From: Octopus sinensis | Lineage: Eukaryota | DNA: 64,000 nucleotides | NCBI RefSeq assembly: GCF_006345805.1 | Contig: NC_043002.1 | Coordinates: 113,150,001 to 113,214,000, forward strand | Reading direction: 5' to 3' | Part shown: positions 11,601 through 23,230 of the stretch, piece after piece | Numbering within the stretch: position 1 is the first letter of the stretch | How the letters are laid out: the number at the start of each line of letters is the position of its first letter | Notes under the pieces: model-generated | The model's database searches: none | The model's input: only the letters and a program-made list of their open reading frames with translations | What the model was told of the DNA's origin: nothing | Made by a program: the position numbers and the translations under genes

Positions 11601-12080
11601 TCTTAAGACTATTTTTAACCCAAGAATTTATCTTCGTTACAACATTTTTCCTTAATTATATTTCTTCAAATTAGGTTGAGGAAATTTATTTTCTCCAATC
11701 TCAACAAAGACCAGAACTTTCTCACATTTCACGTTGAATCTTTTTTCTTTTACTAAGCGCCCGGGAATGTGTGTAACATACATACAAACATATATTTAGA
11801 CGTGCATGCGCTTACATACATAAATACATACATACATAAACAAAGTGCATCATACTCCACCTTAAATACGTCTACAGGGGCTTACAAAATGACAAATAGA
11901 TACGCACGTACACACGCATAGGCAAGCATACAGACTCTGCTTTGTTGATTCAAGAAAATTCACATGTTCACATGAATGCATACATCTAAACAGACTTAGA
12001 AAGAGACACTAAGGAAATATATGTGTGTATGTATATGTGTCCATATGTTTTTGTTTCACTTTTAACACGTACTACTGAAA

Positions 12081-12414
12081 TAGTGGAGAAGATATGATAT
12101 TGCTATGGGGTCGCCCTAGGCAAGAAGTTGAACATTTTTTTGCCCATGAAACTACATGGACCCTAAGTAAGGCATGTGTAAAATTTGAATGAAATTGGTT
12201 GTGTAGTTCTCAAGTTTTAGGGAATCGTAGTGGAGAAGATATGATATTGCTGTGGGCTCGCCCTAGGCAAAAAGTTAAAATTTCTTTTGTCGATGACACT
12301 CCCCGGACCCTAAGTAAGGCATGGGTAAAATTTTAATGAAATTGGTTGAGTAGTTCTAAAGTTTTAGGGAAACACACAGACAGACAGACACACATTCTCA
12401 GTTTTATATAGAGA
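12081..12414 (-). mobile_element. non-autonomous Helitron-like element, 5' part, with internal 147-bp tandem duplication
   Basis: Minus-strand start A|TCTCTATATAAAACTGAGAATGTGTGTCTGTCTG resembles the 5' end at 56996. Units start at 12081 and 12228. No CTAG 3' end seen. Confidence 0.55.
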
Positions 12415-12619
12415 TTCATACAAAAATCAAGCAGACATAAGTTTTGGCATATGTCTCTGCGTGTGAGTATTTATATTCGTGTACACACACGCATACGCAC
12501 ACACAAACACACCCACGCACGCACATAGAGAGAGATAGAGAGACAGAAACAGGAGAGAGAGAGAGAGTTAATTACATATACGCAAACATACATACATTTA
12601 TACACAATATGTATGACAT

Positions 12620-12854
12620 ACAGGCGGCGAGCTGGCAGAAACGTTAGCGTGCCGGGCGAAATGCTTAGCAGTATTTCGTGTGTCGTTACCTTCTGAGTTC
12701 AAATTCCGTCGAGGTCGACTTTGCCTTTCATCCTTTCGGGGTCGATAAATAAAGTACCAGTTTCGCACTGGGGTCGATGTAATCGACTTAACCCCTTTGT
12801 CTGTCCTTGTTTGTCCCCCTCTGTCTTTAGCTCCTTGTGGGCAATAAAGAAAGA
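12620..12854 (+). mobile_element. full-length SINE group A (tail 1)
   Basis: Head GGCGGCGAGCTGGCAGAA; B-box GAGTTCAAATTCC; central GCCTTTCATCCTTTCGGGGTCGATAAA (Meta-domain-like, from memory); 14-bp TSD AATATGTATGACAT at 12606-12619 and 12855-12868. Confidence 0.95.
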
Positions 12855-13011
12855 AATATGTATGACATGTTATTGACGGTGTCTCAGAAGAAATAAGACA
12901 TGTATGTGAAGTTTTCTTCATCCTTTAACCTGAAGGAGTGTAGATACTTGTAAAACGGCTTTTGTCTGAACTCACCAGTTTCAGTGAGGCAATTTTTTCA
13001 TCGAGACTTAC

Positions 13012-13210
13012 ATTCAATATGCTTTTGAAGACTCGGAAGATTAAGGTCAGCTATGAGTATGAAATCTTCCTTCAGAGGTCGCTCGCTACAGCTAAAACAC
13101 ACAGCCGCACAGCCACAAATGTCAACTGTTCCACTGCCGAAACGCTCTACCAGTTCGATCAAAAGATATAGTCTTTCGAAAGTAGGGATATATCGATCAT
13201 ATATGACACA
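13012..13210 (-). CDS. candidate internal coding exon of an unidentified gene
   Basis: AG acceptor, 199 nt open in phase 0 (CVIYDRYIPTFERLYLLIELVERFGSGTVDICGCAAVCFSCSERPLKEDFILIADLNLPSLQKHIE), GTAAGT donor; GC-richer than flanks. No homolog recognised. Confidence 0.3.
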
Positions 13211-13554
13211 CTAATAGAATATCAACTGCAATTTCTCAGAAGTTTTTGCCAATGAATTCAAAAATCCTTACAATGAAAATTAACATAAATAATGGAAAAC
13301 AGGAAAAGATAATTTTCATAAATACGATACAGAATAGAAAACTTTAATTGGATTCACTTACAGGATTTTTCGTGTTCAACAATAAATAGTAACTTCTACT
13401 TAGAAAACACAAAATGTTAACGGTTCTACTAAAACAACAGTTAAAGGAAGATGATATGGCAATACGTCATGCGAACGGTGCATAACACGATGTGTGTGAG
13501 TGTGTGTGTGTGTATGTGTGTGTTGTATTCAAATCCATATAATTTTTTTTCTTT

Positions 13555-13745
13555 TATCTTTTAGTTGTTTCAGTTATTAGAGTGCTGCAACGCTGTGGCA
13601 CCGCGTTGAAGAATTTTAGTTGAACGAATCAACACCAGCAGTTATTTATGATTTGTTTAAAACGGAGTACTTATTGCATCACTCAAATTTTACCGAACCG
13701 TTAAGTTGCAGTGACGTGAAGACAACACTGATAGTCAGAAACACA
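13555..13745 (-). mobile_element. degenerate group B SINE 3' tail
   Basis: TTTTATCTTTTAGTTGTTTCAGTTATTAGAGTGCTGCAACGCTG matches the reverse complement of the group B tail. Confidence 0.65.
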
Positions 13746-13842
13746 CATACGTACGTACATGCATATATACATACATACATACATATGTGTATATAAATGT
13801 ATGTATATATATATATATATATAGATATATATATATATATAT

Positions 13843-13967
13843 ATACTAAGCATAAGGGTTTAGCAACGAATTGCCTTACCACATACCGAATTTAGAAAGA
13901 GCAGTCTGCTATTTCTAAATTCGGTATGTGGTAGGCAATTCGTTGCTAAACCCTTATTGCTTAGTAT
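13843..13967. repeat. fold-back palindrome, ~62-bp arms
   Basis: Arms 13843-13904 and 13906-13967 with a 1-nt centre, 1 mismatch and 2 single-base indels; abuts (TA)n. Confidence 0.92.
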
Positions 13968-14066
13968 TACTTAAATTTCCTCGAATGAGGCTTTTACATG
14001 CCGAAGACTACTTGGTGTAATTGATAATTTTTCCAAATTAATTAATTTCACCCTTCATTATTACGG

Positions 14067-14098
<32 letters not shown>

Positions 14099-14124
14099 GT
14101 ATGTGTGTGTGTGTGTGTGTGTAC

Positions 14125-14257
14125 ACTTTCAGTTTCCGTGTACCAAACTACAAGGCTTTGGTGGGCCCGAAGCTATAATAGAAGACACTCACCCGAGGTG
14201 CCCCGCAGTGGGACTGGACCCGGAACCATGTGGCTGGGAAGCAATTTCTTACCACAC
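14125..14257 (-). mobile_element. group B SINE head/core fragment
   Basis: Reverse complement GTGTGGTAAGAAATTGCTTCCCAGCCACATGGTTCCGGGTCCAGTCCCACTGCG. Confidence 0.8.
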
Positions 14258-14307
14258 TTACACATACATACATACATACATACATACATACATACATACA
14301 TACATAA

Positions 14308-16022
14308 AGAGTGATTGTATTATCACTGACAGAATACAAATCGCAAAGGCGTATTCCAAGGAAACAGCCTCTCTGAAATGTTGTTTATACTTTCTGTATA
14401 CCTTTTGTCGTTCGTGTTAAGGAAGTCAGAAGGATATCTCACTGGTTCACAAAGAAACCGAAATACCAAATTTACACACTGTTTATTCATGGCTGACTTA
14501 AAACTTTATACAAAGAATATACAGGATGTAGGGTTAGAATTTGGTCAGGATAAATGTTGTCATATGGTCGTGAAAAGATGGAAACTCTATACCAGATTAG
14601 TAAAATCTCCATCAAAGATTTGACTGTTTCCCTTGTATCTGACGAGGAACGTTACACCTATCTAGAGGTGGATGAAAACAAAACACGTGTCACTAAAAAA
14701 TATTACAGCCGAATAAAGAAAATATGGACCTCAGAACTCTCTGCATTCAACAAAACAGTGCTCCACAATTTGTTTGCAGTGCCAGTACTCATACTAACAT
14801 TTGAGCCACTTGATTGCACGCTTGATGAGTTTCGAGCCATTGATGTGAAAACCTGAAAAACTACTAACAAGCACATATAATTTCCACATAAACAGTAATG
14901 TAGACCGCCTCTACCCAAAACCTAAGCAAGGCGACAGAGACTTAACATCGATCCAAAATGCTTTCGGAACATCTTTTATCCACCATGTGTTGAAGTGCAT
15001 CCTTTGACCAAGTTTGTATACATGAGGCTGATAACATAAGACTTAGAGGGCAGCTCCTTGAGTAACAACTTTTGTCTGATAACATGCCCAAAGAAGTCGC
15101 ACGACTCTATCGCAACATACCATCAGATGATAGGATAGGCCTATATGAGCAGAAGATTATACATGGATATGTTAGTAGAAAGCTCCGTGATGATAGTAAC
15201 ATCGAACATCAAAGCAGTTTATCGTGGAAGAATAGCCGGATTACTACCTCCAGCTTTGAAGGGTATGCGTTTGCAATCCAGGAACAGGAAATATCAACCA
15301 AGTAATTGATGCAAACAATGGATAGAGATGCGAGAAAAGCCGTAAAGTGTGACAACTTATGCAGATTTTATGGAGTTCACACTGAAGGTATCAACCACAT
15401 CATAAGCAGTCGTCCGAAAATGTCATCGTGGTATTATCTACCAATGAGACATGGCGTTGTAGCTAGACACTTTATAATGAAATCCGTCGGAAGGATAATC
15501 CCGAGGACAAAGAAATAAAAACCCAGAATATAGTAGAAGCCATAGCCACTCATAATGAAAAAGAATACTGGTGGAATGTATCTGTGAAAACCTCAATAAA
15601 ATGTGGGTACAACAGACCTGATATAATGATCTGGGATAGAGAAGAGAAACTGTGCACATTTGTGGAAATTAGTTGCCCAGGGGATGTTAACATGAAGCTG
15701 AAGATCAGTGAAAAAGAGAACACCTATACTGAACTGCTGAGGAATCTGCAGTTACGCTATTCATTTTACTAGTTCAGGTTTATGCCTGTAATTATTGGGG
15801 CCCTGAGATATGTAACACACTGTCTAAATACCCATCTTGAGAAGTTAGGCTTCTCAAAACCAGAAAGGAGAAAGCTAATTCGAAGACTACAGATCCAATC
15901 CATCACTGGAACTGTAAAAATCTGTGAAACATTCCAGGAATTTATCATTTAAATATATATGAGCATGTCCAGATATGCAACTACATGCATGAGACTACAT
16001 ATATAAAACATACAAATCTGCA
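14308..16022 (+). mobile_element. R4/Dong-type non-LTR retrotransposon (RT + REL endonuclease), 5'-truncated, degenerate
   Basis: KGVFQGNSLSEMLFIL (QG motif); HCLFMADLKLY (YxDD region); FEGYAFAIQEQEI; degenerate CCHC (CRFYGVHTEGINHIISS); NRPDIMIWD...FVEISCP; many frameshifts and stops. Confidence 0.88.
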
Positions 16023-16187
16023 TATACATACATACATACATACATACATACATACATACATACATACATACATCATACATACATACATACATACATACAT
16101 ACATACATACATACATACATACATACATACATACATCATACATACATACATACATACATACATACATCATACATACATACATACATA
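16022..16187. repeat. (TACA)n microsatellite
   Basis: Directly visible, immediately 3' of the R4-type copy. Confidence 0.95.
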
Positions 16188-16929
16188 GAAAAAATTGTTT
16201 GTTTAGAAGTATACGTGTCCATAAGTGTATACTTGAGGGAGGCTATATGCATGAGCACACATTCATGCGTTTATGAGTGTGTGTGCATGTGTTTATAATC
16301 GCTTTTCACTTTGGTTGTTGCTATTAGACGGGTGAACCTTGACTCCCTTTAATCTCTTGTTATTTTGATCGATTAACATAATTTGTACGCTTACAGAGCG
16401 TAAGATATATTTCAGCTAGTAGGAAAATACTTTCCTTTTATTTATAACTGATGTTTTCACACACACACACACACACACACACATACTCATTTGTGTCTCT
16501 TTTCCGCATCTTTAATTCTTCAATTTCTTCTCCTCTTTCCCGTTCTTATTTTTCTTCTCTTTCTTCCTATTTTTAATTCTCCTTTTTATTATTTCTTCGT
16601 TTTCCCTTTCCTTCTTCCCTTTCTTCATTCTCCTTTTCTTCTTCTTCTTCTTCTTCTTCTTCTTCTTCTTCTTCGACGTCGTCTTCATCTTCCTGGCGTT
16701 CTTTATTGTGTCCCTTTTACATTCATTCCATTTTTATTTCTTTATCTTTTTTATCCTCAGTATATATTCTTAATACTACTGCTACTACCTTGGAAAATTC
16801 CACAGTTTATGCTAATATTGTTTGAGCGCAATACTCCATCAGAATGATATAATTGGAGCTTCGTGTTCCATAGTAACATTATACTTTAAAAAATCCGAAA
16901 TCACAGGAGAAATTTTGAAAATGTCCAGC

Positions 16930-18238
16930 GATTGTGCCAAAGCCACTTTTAAGAAAGGGAAATTGGTAAAGTCTAGTTCAATCGAATTAGACGTCAAAAC
17001 AGTAATAAAGGAACTTGAGCAGGAACAAACCTATAAATACCTAGGAATAAATGAAGGTTCTGGTATCCAGAATGCAAGCATGAAAGAGAAGGTTAGGAAG
17101 GGATATTATAGAAGAGTTCGAGCAGTCCTGAATTCTGAGGTGAATGCATATAATAAGGTTTTAGCCATAAATTCCTCAGCAGTACCAGTTGTTCTTTATA
17201 GCTTCAATGTACTTAACTGGAATACCAGTGAAATAATGAAAATTGACAGAAAAATCCGCAAGCTACTGACTTGTAATAAGATGCACCACCCAAAGGCAGG
17301 CGTGGGTCGCCTTTACCTTCCCAGAGCTCAGGGAGGTCGAGGTTTGATCCAGCCTGAACTTACATACAAAACCACCACAATCGGACTGGCCAAATACCTT
17401 GAAGCAACCAACGATTGGATGCTAAAACTTGTTGAAAAACATGAAAGACCTAAAAAACTTCACTCTATACTCAAAGAGAGCAAAACATTCGCTGCTGATC
17501 TCTTAGATACCCATCAGATTGATCAGGCTGAAGGGAATGCGCCAACTGCAGCTGCAAAGAAAAGAAAATTAATTGCAAAGACAAAAGCACATGAAAATTT
17601 AGCTAGCAGATGGGAACAGTAACCTCTCCATGGCAAGTATGTGGTCTGTAGCAAACAAGCTGATGTCGACCAGAAACACACGCACCAATGGTTACGAAGC
17701 TCAGGGCTAAAAGCAGAGAGTGAAGGTTTCATATTAGCTGCTCAAGATCAAAGCTTATTAACCCGGAACTACCAAGCCAATGTGATAAAAAATGGAGCCG
17801 ACCCAAAATGCCGATTCTGTAACGATGAGATTGAAACAACAGACCACCTAATCTCAGGGTGTAGAGTCTTAGCACCTGTAGAATATAAAGCAAGACATGA
17901 CAGAGTCGGCCAGTATTTACATTGGACAATATGTCGGCATTATAAAATCAAAACCGCTGAGAAATGGTATAAACATCATCCTGAAGCTGTGGCTGAGGGA
18001 GAAAATGTGTCGATTCTATGGGACTTCCCCGTACAGACCGACAAGACTATAAAAGCTAATAAACCGGATATTATTATAAAAGATCAGACAAAAAGGATGT
18101 GTTTATTAATTGACATGAATATCCCTTGCGATCACAATATAGCGGCGAAAGAATTTGACACGATCAGTAAATATAAAGACTTGATAATAGAAATTGAAAA
18201 AATGTGGCATCTCAAGGCGACTACAGTACCAGTGATTT
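16930..18238 (+). mobile_element. R4/Dong-type non-LTR retrotransposon fragment (RT thumb, zinc knuckle, REL endonuclease)
   Basis: YKYLG; RLYLPRAQGGRGL; SEGFILAAQDQ; CRFCNDEIETTDHLISGC; NKPDIIIKD...LLIDMNIP. One frame with a single in-frame TAA at 17620-17622. Confidence 0.93.
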
Positions 18239-18418
18239 ATCTGTGAATTTGCGCGTGTAATCTGGGAATGCATACAATGACCTTCTCTACCCTAGGTGTA
18301 CGGAAAACACTCGGCGAGAAACGGAAGAAAATTTGAAGAAAGAAGGAAAAAACATAATAATAATTATAATAATAATAATAATACTCTCTCACTCAATAAT
18401 AATAATAATAATAATAAT

Positions 18419-18778
18419 ATCAATACCAGCAGATGACAACGTGTCTCTAAAAGAAATGGAGAAACTTTCAAAATACAAAGACCTGGAAATAGAGGTAACC
18501 AGAATGTGGAACCTAAAAACAGAAACAATTCCTATCATAGTAGGTGCCTTAGGCATGATAAAAAAATATTCAGACAAATACATAACAAAAGCACCAGGAC
18601 TTACAATCACATATAACATACAGAAAATTGCACTACTAGGCACTGCACACATCCTACGCAGAACACTTTCCATACAATAACCATCAGAGCATCACAACAA
18701 ATCACAGCACATACCCAAGGCACACAGAGCTGCGCTCGGTAGTGAAGTGAATGCACTCTATAAAAATAAAACTACCTT
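18419..18778 (+). mobile_element. 3' end of an R4/Dong-type LINE embedded in (TAA)n
   Basis: SIPADDNVSLKEMEKLSKYKDLEIEVTRMWNLKTETIPIIVGALG...ALLGTAHILRRTL*; 3' UTR; AAT repeats upstream and a degenerate run downstream. Confidence 0.9.
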
Positions 18779-18796
18779 AATAAGAATGATAATTAT

Positions 18797-19010
18797 TCTT
18801 TTCTACTCGAGGCACAAGGCTCGACATTTTGGGGGAGGGGGCCAGTCGATTAGATCGACTCCAGTATGCAACTGGTACTTAATTCATCGACCCGAAAGGA
18901 TGAAAGGCAAAGTCGACTTTGGCGAAATTTGAACTCAGAACGTAGCGGCAGACGAAATACTGCTAAGCATTTCGCCCGACCTGCTAACATTTCTGCCAGC
19001 TCACCGCATT
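18797..19010 (-). mobile_element. SINE group A (tail 2)
   Basis: Reverse complement head GCGGTGAGCTGGCAGAAATGTTAGC; tail CCCCTCCCCCAAAAATGTCGAGCCTTGTGCCTCGAGTAGAAAAG. Confidence 0.9.
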
Positions 19011-19011
19011 A

Positions 19012-22000
19012 ATAATAATGATAATTATTTCATTTATTGACCACTAGGGCCGATTTATATGGGACAATACAGTAGACAAGGACAGTTGGAATTTTTCACA
19101 AAAAATGAGAACACAATTAAAACAATAACAATAGTATCAGACAAAAAGAATATAACAATGAAAGTTCCTCAACAGGATGTGGGGTAACCACCTGGGGTGG
19201 GCTCAGGTACCCCACCTTCCTGAACCACTCGACGCTTCGAAGGCATCTAGAAAGAGCACCCTTCTGCCTTTCAGATTCACTAGCCTACAGACGCATTATT
19301 AGGGTAGGTCCACTCACACGGACCATTTTCGCTACATTCACCCACCTTTTAGGAAATGTACTGACAGTCAGCACTTTTCTCTCCACCCACATCTTACTTT
19401 CCAAATGAAATTTGAAAAAGTTGATGAGGGATTGGCTGAAGAGAAAAGTGTCTGTCTTCAGTCCTTTCAACCTAGTCCACCATACAATCTCTTTCGCTAC
19501 TTCTATCAGACAGACGAAAATGTCCTGCCCTTCCGTACCAATGGAAGGCAGCGAATCGATTTTCAATATGGACTCGGCCAATAGCTGGATCCGTCCTACA
19601 CGTGATAACAGCTGTTCACCATAACTCGACAAGTCAGTAATGCAAGGACAGGACGAGTGCGTGCAGAATGGTTTCGTCGCTCTGCGCGCATCTCGGGCAG
19701 GTCCGTCTGACAGCACTTCCTTTCTTGTAGATTTCCCCCACCCCTACCACACTAGCACTTCCAAGCTAGGGATTTCTGGAAGTTTTCCATCGTTCCCGGC
19801 TCGAAAGTCCTCCTGAACAGACTGATTAGTTCGACTTCGTCGACGCCTGGTGCCTCTCCGAGTGCGTCATCGCTCTTTCCCTCCACTAACCCTCTATAGA
19901 ACTCGAGAACGGTTGTTCCACTGATCGCATTGCCGGACTGGTAGAGGACAGTGAGTGCCTTGCAAAATTCTAGATGCCAATCACCCTATTTAGGTCTCTT
20001 CTTGACCCAGGACTGCAGCTCAGTCAAGGCGACGAGCTGGGTAAAGACATGTTTGACAAACGGCGACTACACCTGTTCACCGTTTAGGCAGAATATCTGG
20101 AGATGCATCCTCACCACATGTCTGTGTATCATTAGCCACGGCATACCCAGCCCTCCGCGTAGAAGGTGTTGGCTGCAGCTGGAGTGTCTCATCAATGGAA
20201 CCTGTCCCCTCCACAAGAATTAGAAGAGGAGGTGCTCCAACTTGTCGAGGCGCGAGGGGATCATGGTACGACGGTCAAGATGACGGACGCGATCTATGCA
20301 TTCGCCACCTCAGCCCGACCTTTCAGTAATAGCTTCCTCGTATCCCATTTCTGGGTGAGACTGGCTACCCAACTCATCACCTCGTCCCAATTCTTATCCA
20401 TCTGGAGGTCTGGTCCGAACCAAACGCCAAGCAACTTTACCAGTCCATCCGTCCAGCGCCCAACGACGCTGTTGGAAGTTATGGACTTCTCTAGGTGCCG
20501 AGTTGCAAGCCCACCGACTTTTCCGGGTTAAGTTTTACTCCCGTCAACTTTTCCTATTGTTCCAATGATGTGCCGACCACCTCGATTTCTGAGGTGTCCG
20601 ACACCATCACGGTGATGTCCGCATAAGCCGACACAGCCCTTCTGCGTCCTGGTTCGAGCAGGATGCCCTGCAGCAGCTCCAGCTTCGCATTAAAGGCTCA
20701 AAAATCAATACATACAGAAGGCAGGAGAGAGGGAACCCTAGACGGGAGATCTGAAATGGTTCCGCGAGGTGAACGTTAACTTTGACCACCGAGCAGATGC
20801 CGCTGTGCATTGCAGCCATCCAGCCTCTGAAGACGAGGCCGAAACCAGCCGCTTTGAGGACAGCTTCCAGATACCGATGATCGACCCTACCGATTACTTT
20901 CGATTGATCTAAATTGATAAGTGCCCCTCTGAAGCCAGGTTCACACCCTACTCTTTCTATGATGTATCGCATGAGGTGGAAGTTGTCGTGTGTGTCTCCC
21001 CAACCAAATCCTCGGCGACAAGTGCCAACCTCTTCGCTAACACCTTGACCAAAATCTTAAACTCTATGTTAAGCAGAGTTATTGGCTTGTAGTTATCTAA
21101 TGTTTCCCTCTTGTTTTCGTTTTTCTTTATCAGCGTCACTACGCCCCAGTTCACAAAACTGGGAATTCTCCAGTTCTGCTGCCAGTTGTAGAAGAGCGCT
21201 TCGAGGATATCGGAATACAAGTCTGGCATATTTACATATGCCGACAAGGGCATCTTGAATTTTGGCTGAAGTTATCTGCCTTTCACAGCGCTCAGCGTCG
21301 GCTGTCGAGAGACGCGTTAAGCCGTCGAGGTAAGGATTGAAGTCTGCCACCATCTCCGCCCCGCCACTCTCTTTGAACAACCGAGCAAAGTGCTGGTGAA
21401 AGGCCTCACACATCTGCCTGGAATCGCTCAACTCGTGTCCATCTCGGCCCGTCAAAGACCGAATAGCGGTTTTACCACGCTGCACCTCCGCAACGTGGGT
21501 CCATCGAACAGCTTTGACCCCCTCGATTCTTAGAGCACGCGCTTTAGCTCTGACAATGCAACCTTCATGTTTCACATTGAAGTAGTGGTCTAATGCCATT
21601 CTCGCTGCTAGCACGTCCTTTGCAATACCATTACAAACACCCTCATCTGATTTAGCTACTAACCCCTGCTCCTTTCTATTTTTTCTAACACTATTTCTTT
21701 GTTAAACCCTATCGATATTACTTTAATCTCTCTTTTGAGAGCCACCCACCTCCTGTTGTTGACGACCCAGTCTGTCAACTTCTGCTTATCTAAACTGTTT
21801 AGCCGGTCCCTGTAAGTCTTACGTGCTGGAAACGACATGTTCAGCTTCTAGTAAGCGGGTCTTAATCTATGCGTCTTATCTAGGTCGACCATACAGATTA
21901 CAAACTTACGATCAGAATAGGCGACCATTTTCAAAAGTGGACATCCTACACTATTACTATCTATTTTCCAAGTGAAAATCCTATCTATATACGATCCAGA

Positions 22001-22490
22001 TGATCCTAAGCTGTTGTTCCAGGTCCACACTGGCGCATTAAGGAAATCTCGTCGGTACCTGTCAGACAGTTGGAACTGGTTGATCAGGTACTTGAGGCTT
22101 TTGTACTTCGTTCTTCTACTCCCACATTATCCCAGCGTTGGTCTATGATTCCATTCCAGTACCCTACTAACAGTAAAGGGTGAGACGTACCTAGAAAGTC
22201 TTCCAGACGACTAAAGAAATCCGGGCGTTTGACTCCAGTAGGGGTGTAGACGTCCACCAGTCTAAAGACACTACCTTCACTATTGCTCACGTCCAGGATC
22301 ACCAACTTCCCGTCCGGGTCCTGGAAGATCGACCTTATTTAGACAAGGGCGGTATTTTTGATAAGAATGGTTAGTCGATAACATCAGCTCCATTACAATG
22401 CTGCTACTTCCGCCCCAACAAAGATGAGAAACAAAGTTGTTCGCAGCAAGATATGAGCGCAGAAGGTAAAGAGCCGTAACGATCACTCAA
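19012..22490 (-). mobile_element. Tx1-like (L1 clade) LINE, degenerate ORF2 + 3' UTR
   Basis: APE fragments (FRLVDVYTP, LLLVGYWN, SYIDRIF, YSDRKFV); NYKPITLLNIEFKILVKVLAKRL; LINLDQSKVIGRVDH; C-terminal KEIVWWTRLKG (stop at 19285); 3' end GTGGTCAATAAATGAAAT followed by ATT repeats. Confidence 0.92.
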
Positions 22491-22530
22491 ACAGTCTGCC
22501 ACAATGTTTATATGCACGTGATCATTTACT

Positions 22531-23230
22531 ATTTTATGCTTTTTGGAAGGCGCTGAGCTGACAAAAGCGTTAGTAGACCCGATGAAAAGAATAGAAGTTT
22601 ACAAAATGTTTTGCAGCATTTCGTCCGTGGTTACGTTCTTAATTGTTCAAATTGCGCCGAGGTCGAGTTTACCTTTTCCCCTTTCGAGGTCTATGAAATA
22701 AGTACCGGCTGAACACTGGAATTCATGTATTCAACTTGCTCCTCCCCTACAAACTTCAGGCCTTTTTACCTATAATAAAAGAATGCAAAAGGATTATTTT
22801 ATGCTTTTTGAAGGCGGCGAACAGACACAGATTCTTAGCGGCATTTCTTTTCGTTTAACGCTCTGAGTTCAGAAACCACCGAGTTCGACTTTGTCTTTCA
22901 TTCTTTCGGAGCCTATAAAAAAAAGTACCAATTAAGTCGATGGAATCGACTACCTCTCACCCAAAACTTCAGACCTTTTACCTATAGCAGAGAGGATTTA
23001 TTTTCATGCTTTTCGAAGGTGATGAGCAGGTTGCATCATTAGCACGCAGACCAAAAGTTCTTACCAGCATTTCTCCTGGTTCTACGTTCTGAGTTCAAAT
23101 GCCCGTGATGTCGACTTTGTCTTTTGACATTTCGGAGCTGATAAAATAAGCTACCAATCAAGTACTGGGGTCCATGTAATTGACTTGCTCCTTACACTAA
23201 AAATCTTTGTTTCAAACATTAGAAAGAAGA
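22531..23230 (+). mobile_element. three degenerate head-to-tail group A SINE copies
   Basis: Each unit begins ATTTT(C)ATGCTTTT(T/C)G(G)AAGG (~22531, ~22796, ~23001) and contains a GTTCAAAT/GAGTTCA B-box and GTCGA(C/G)TTT...CTTT. Confidence 0.8.
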
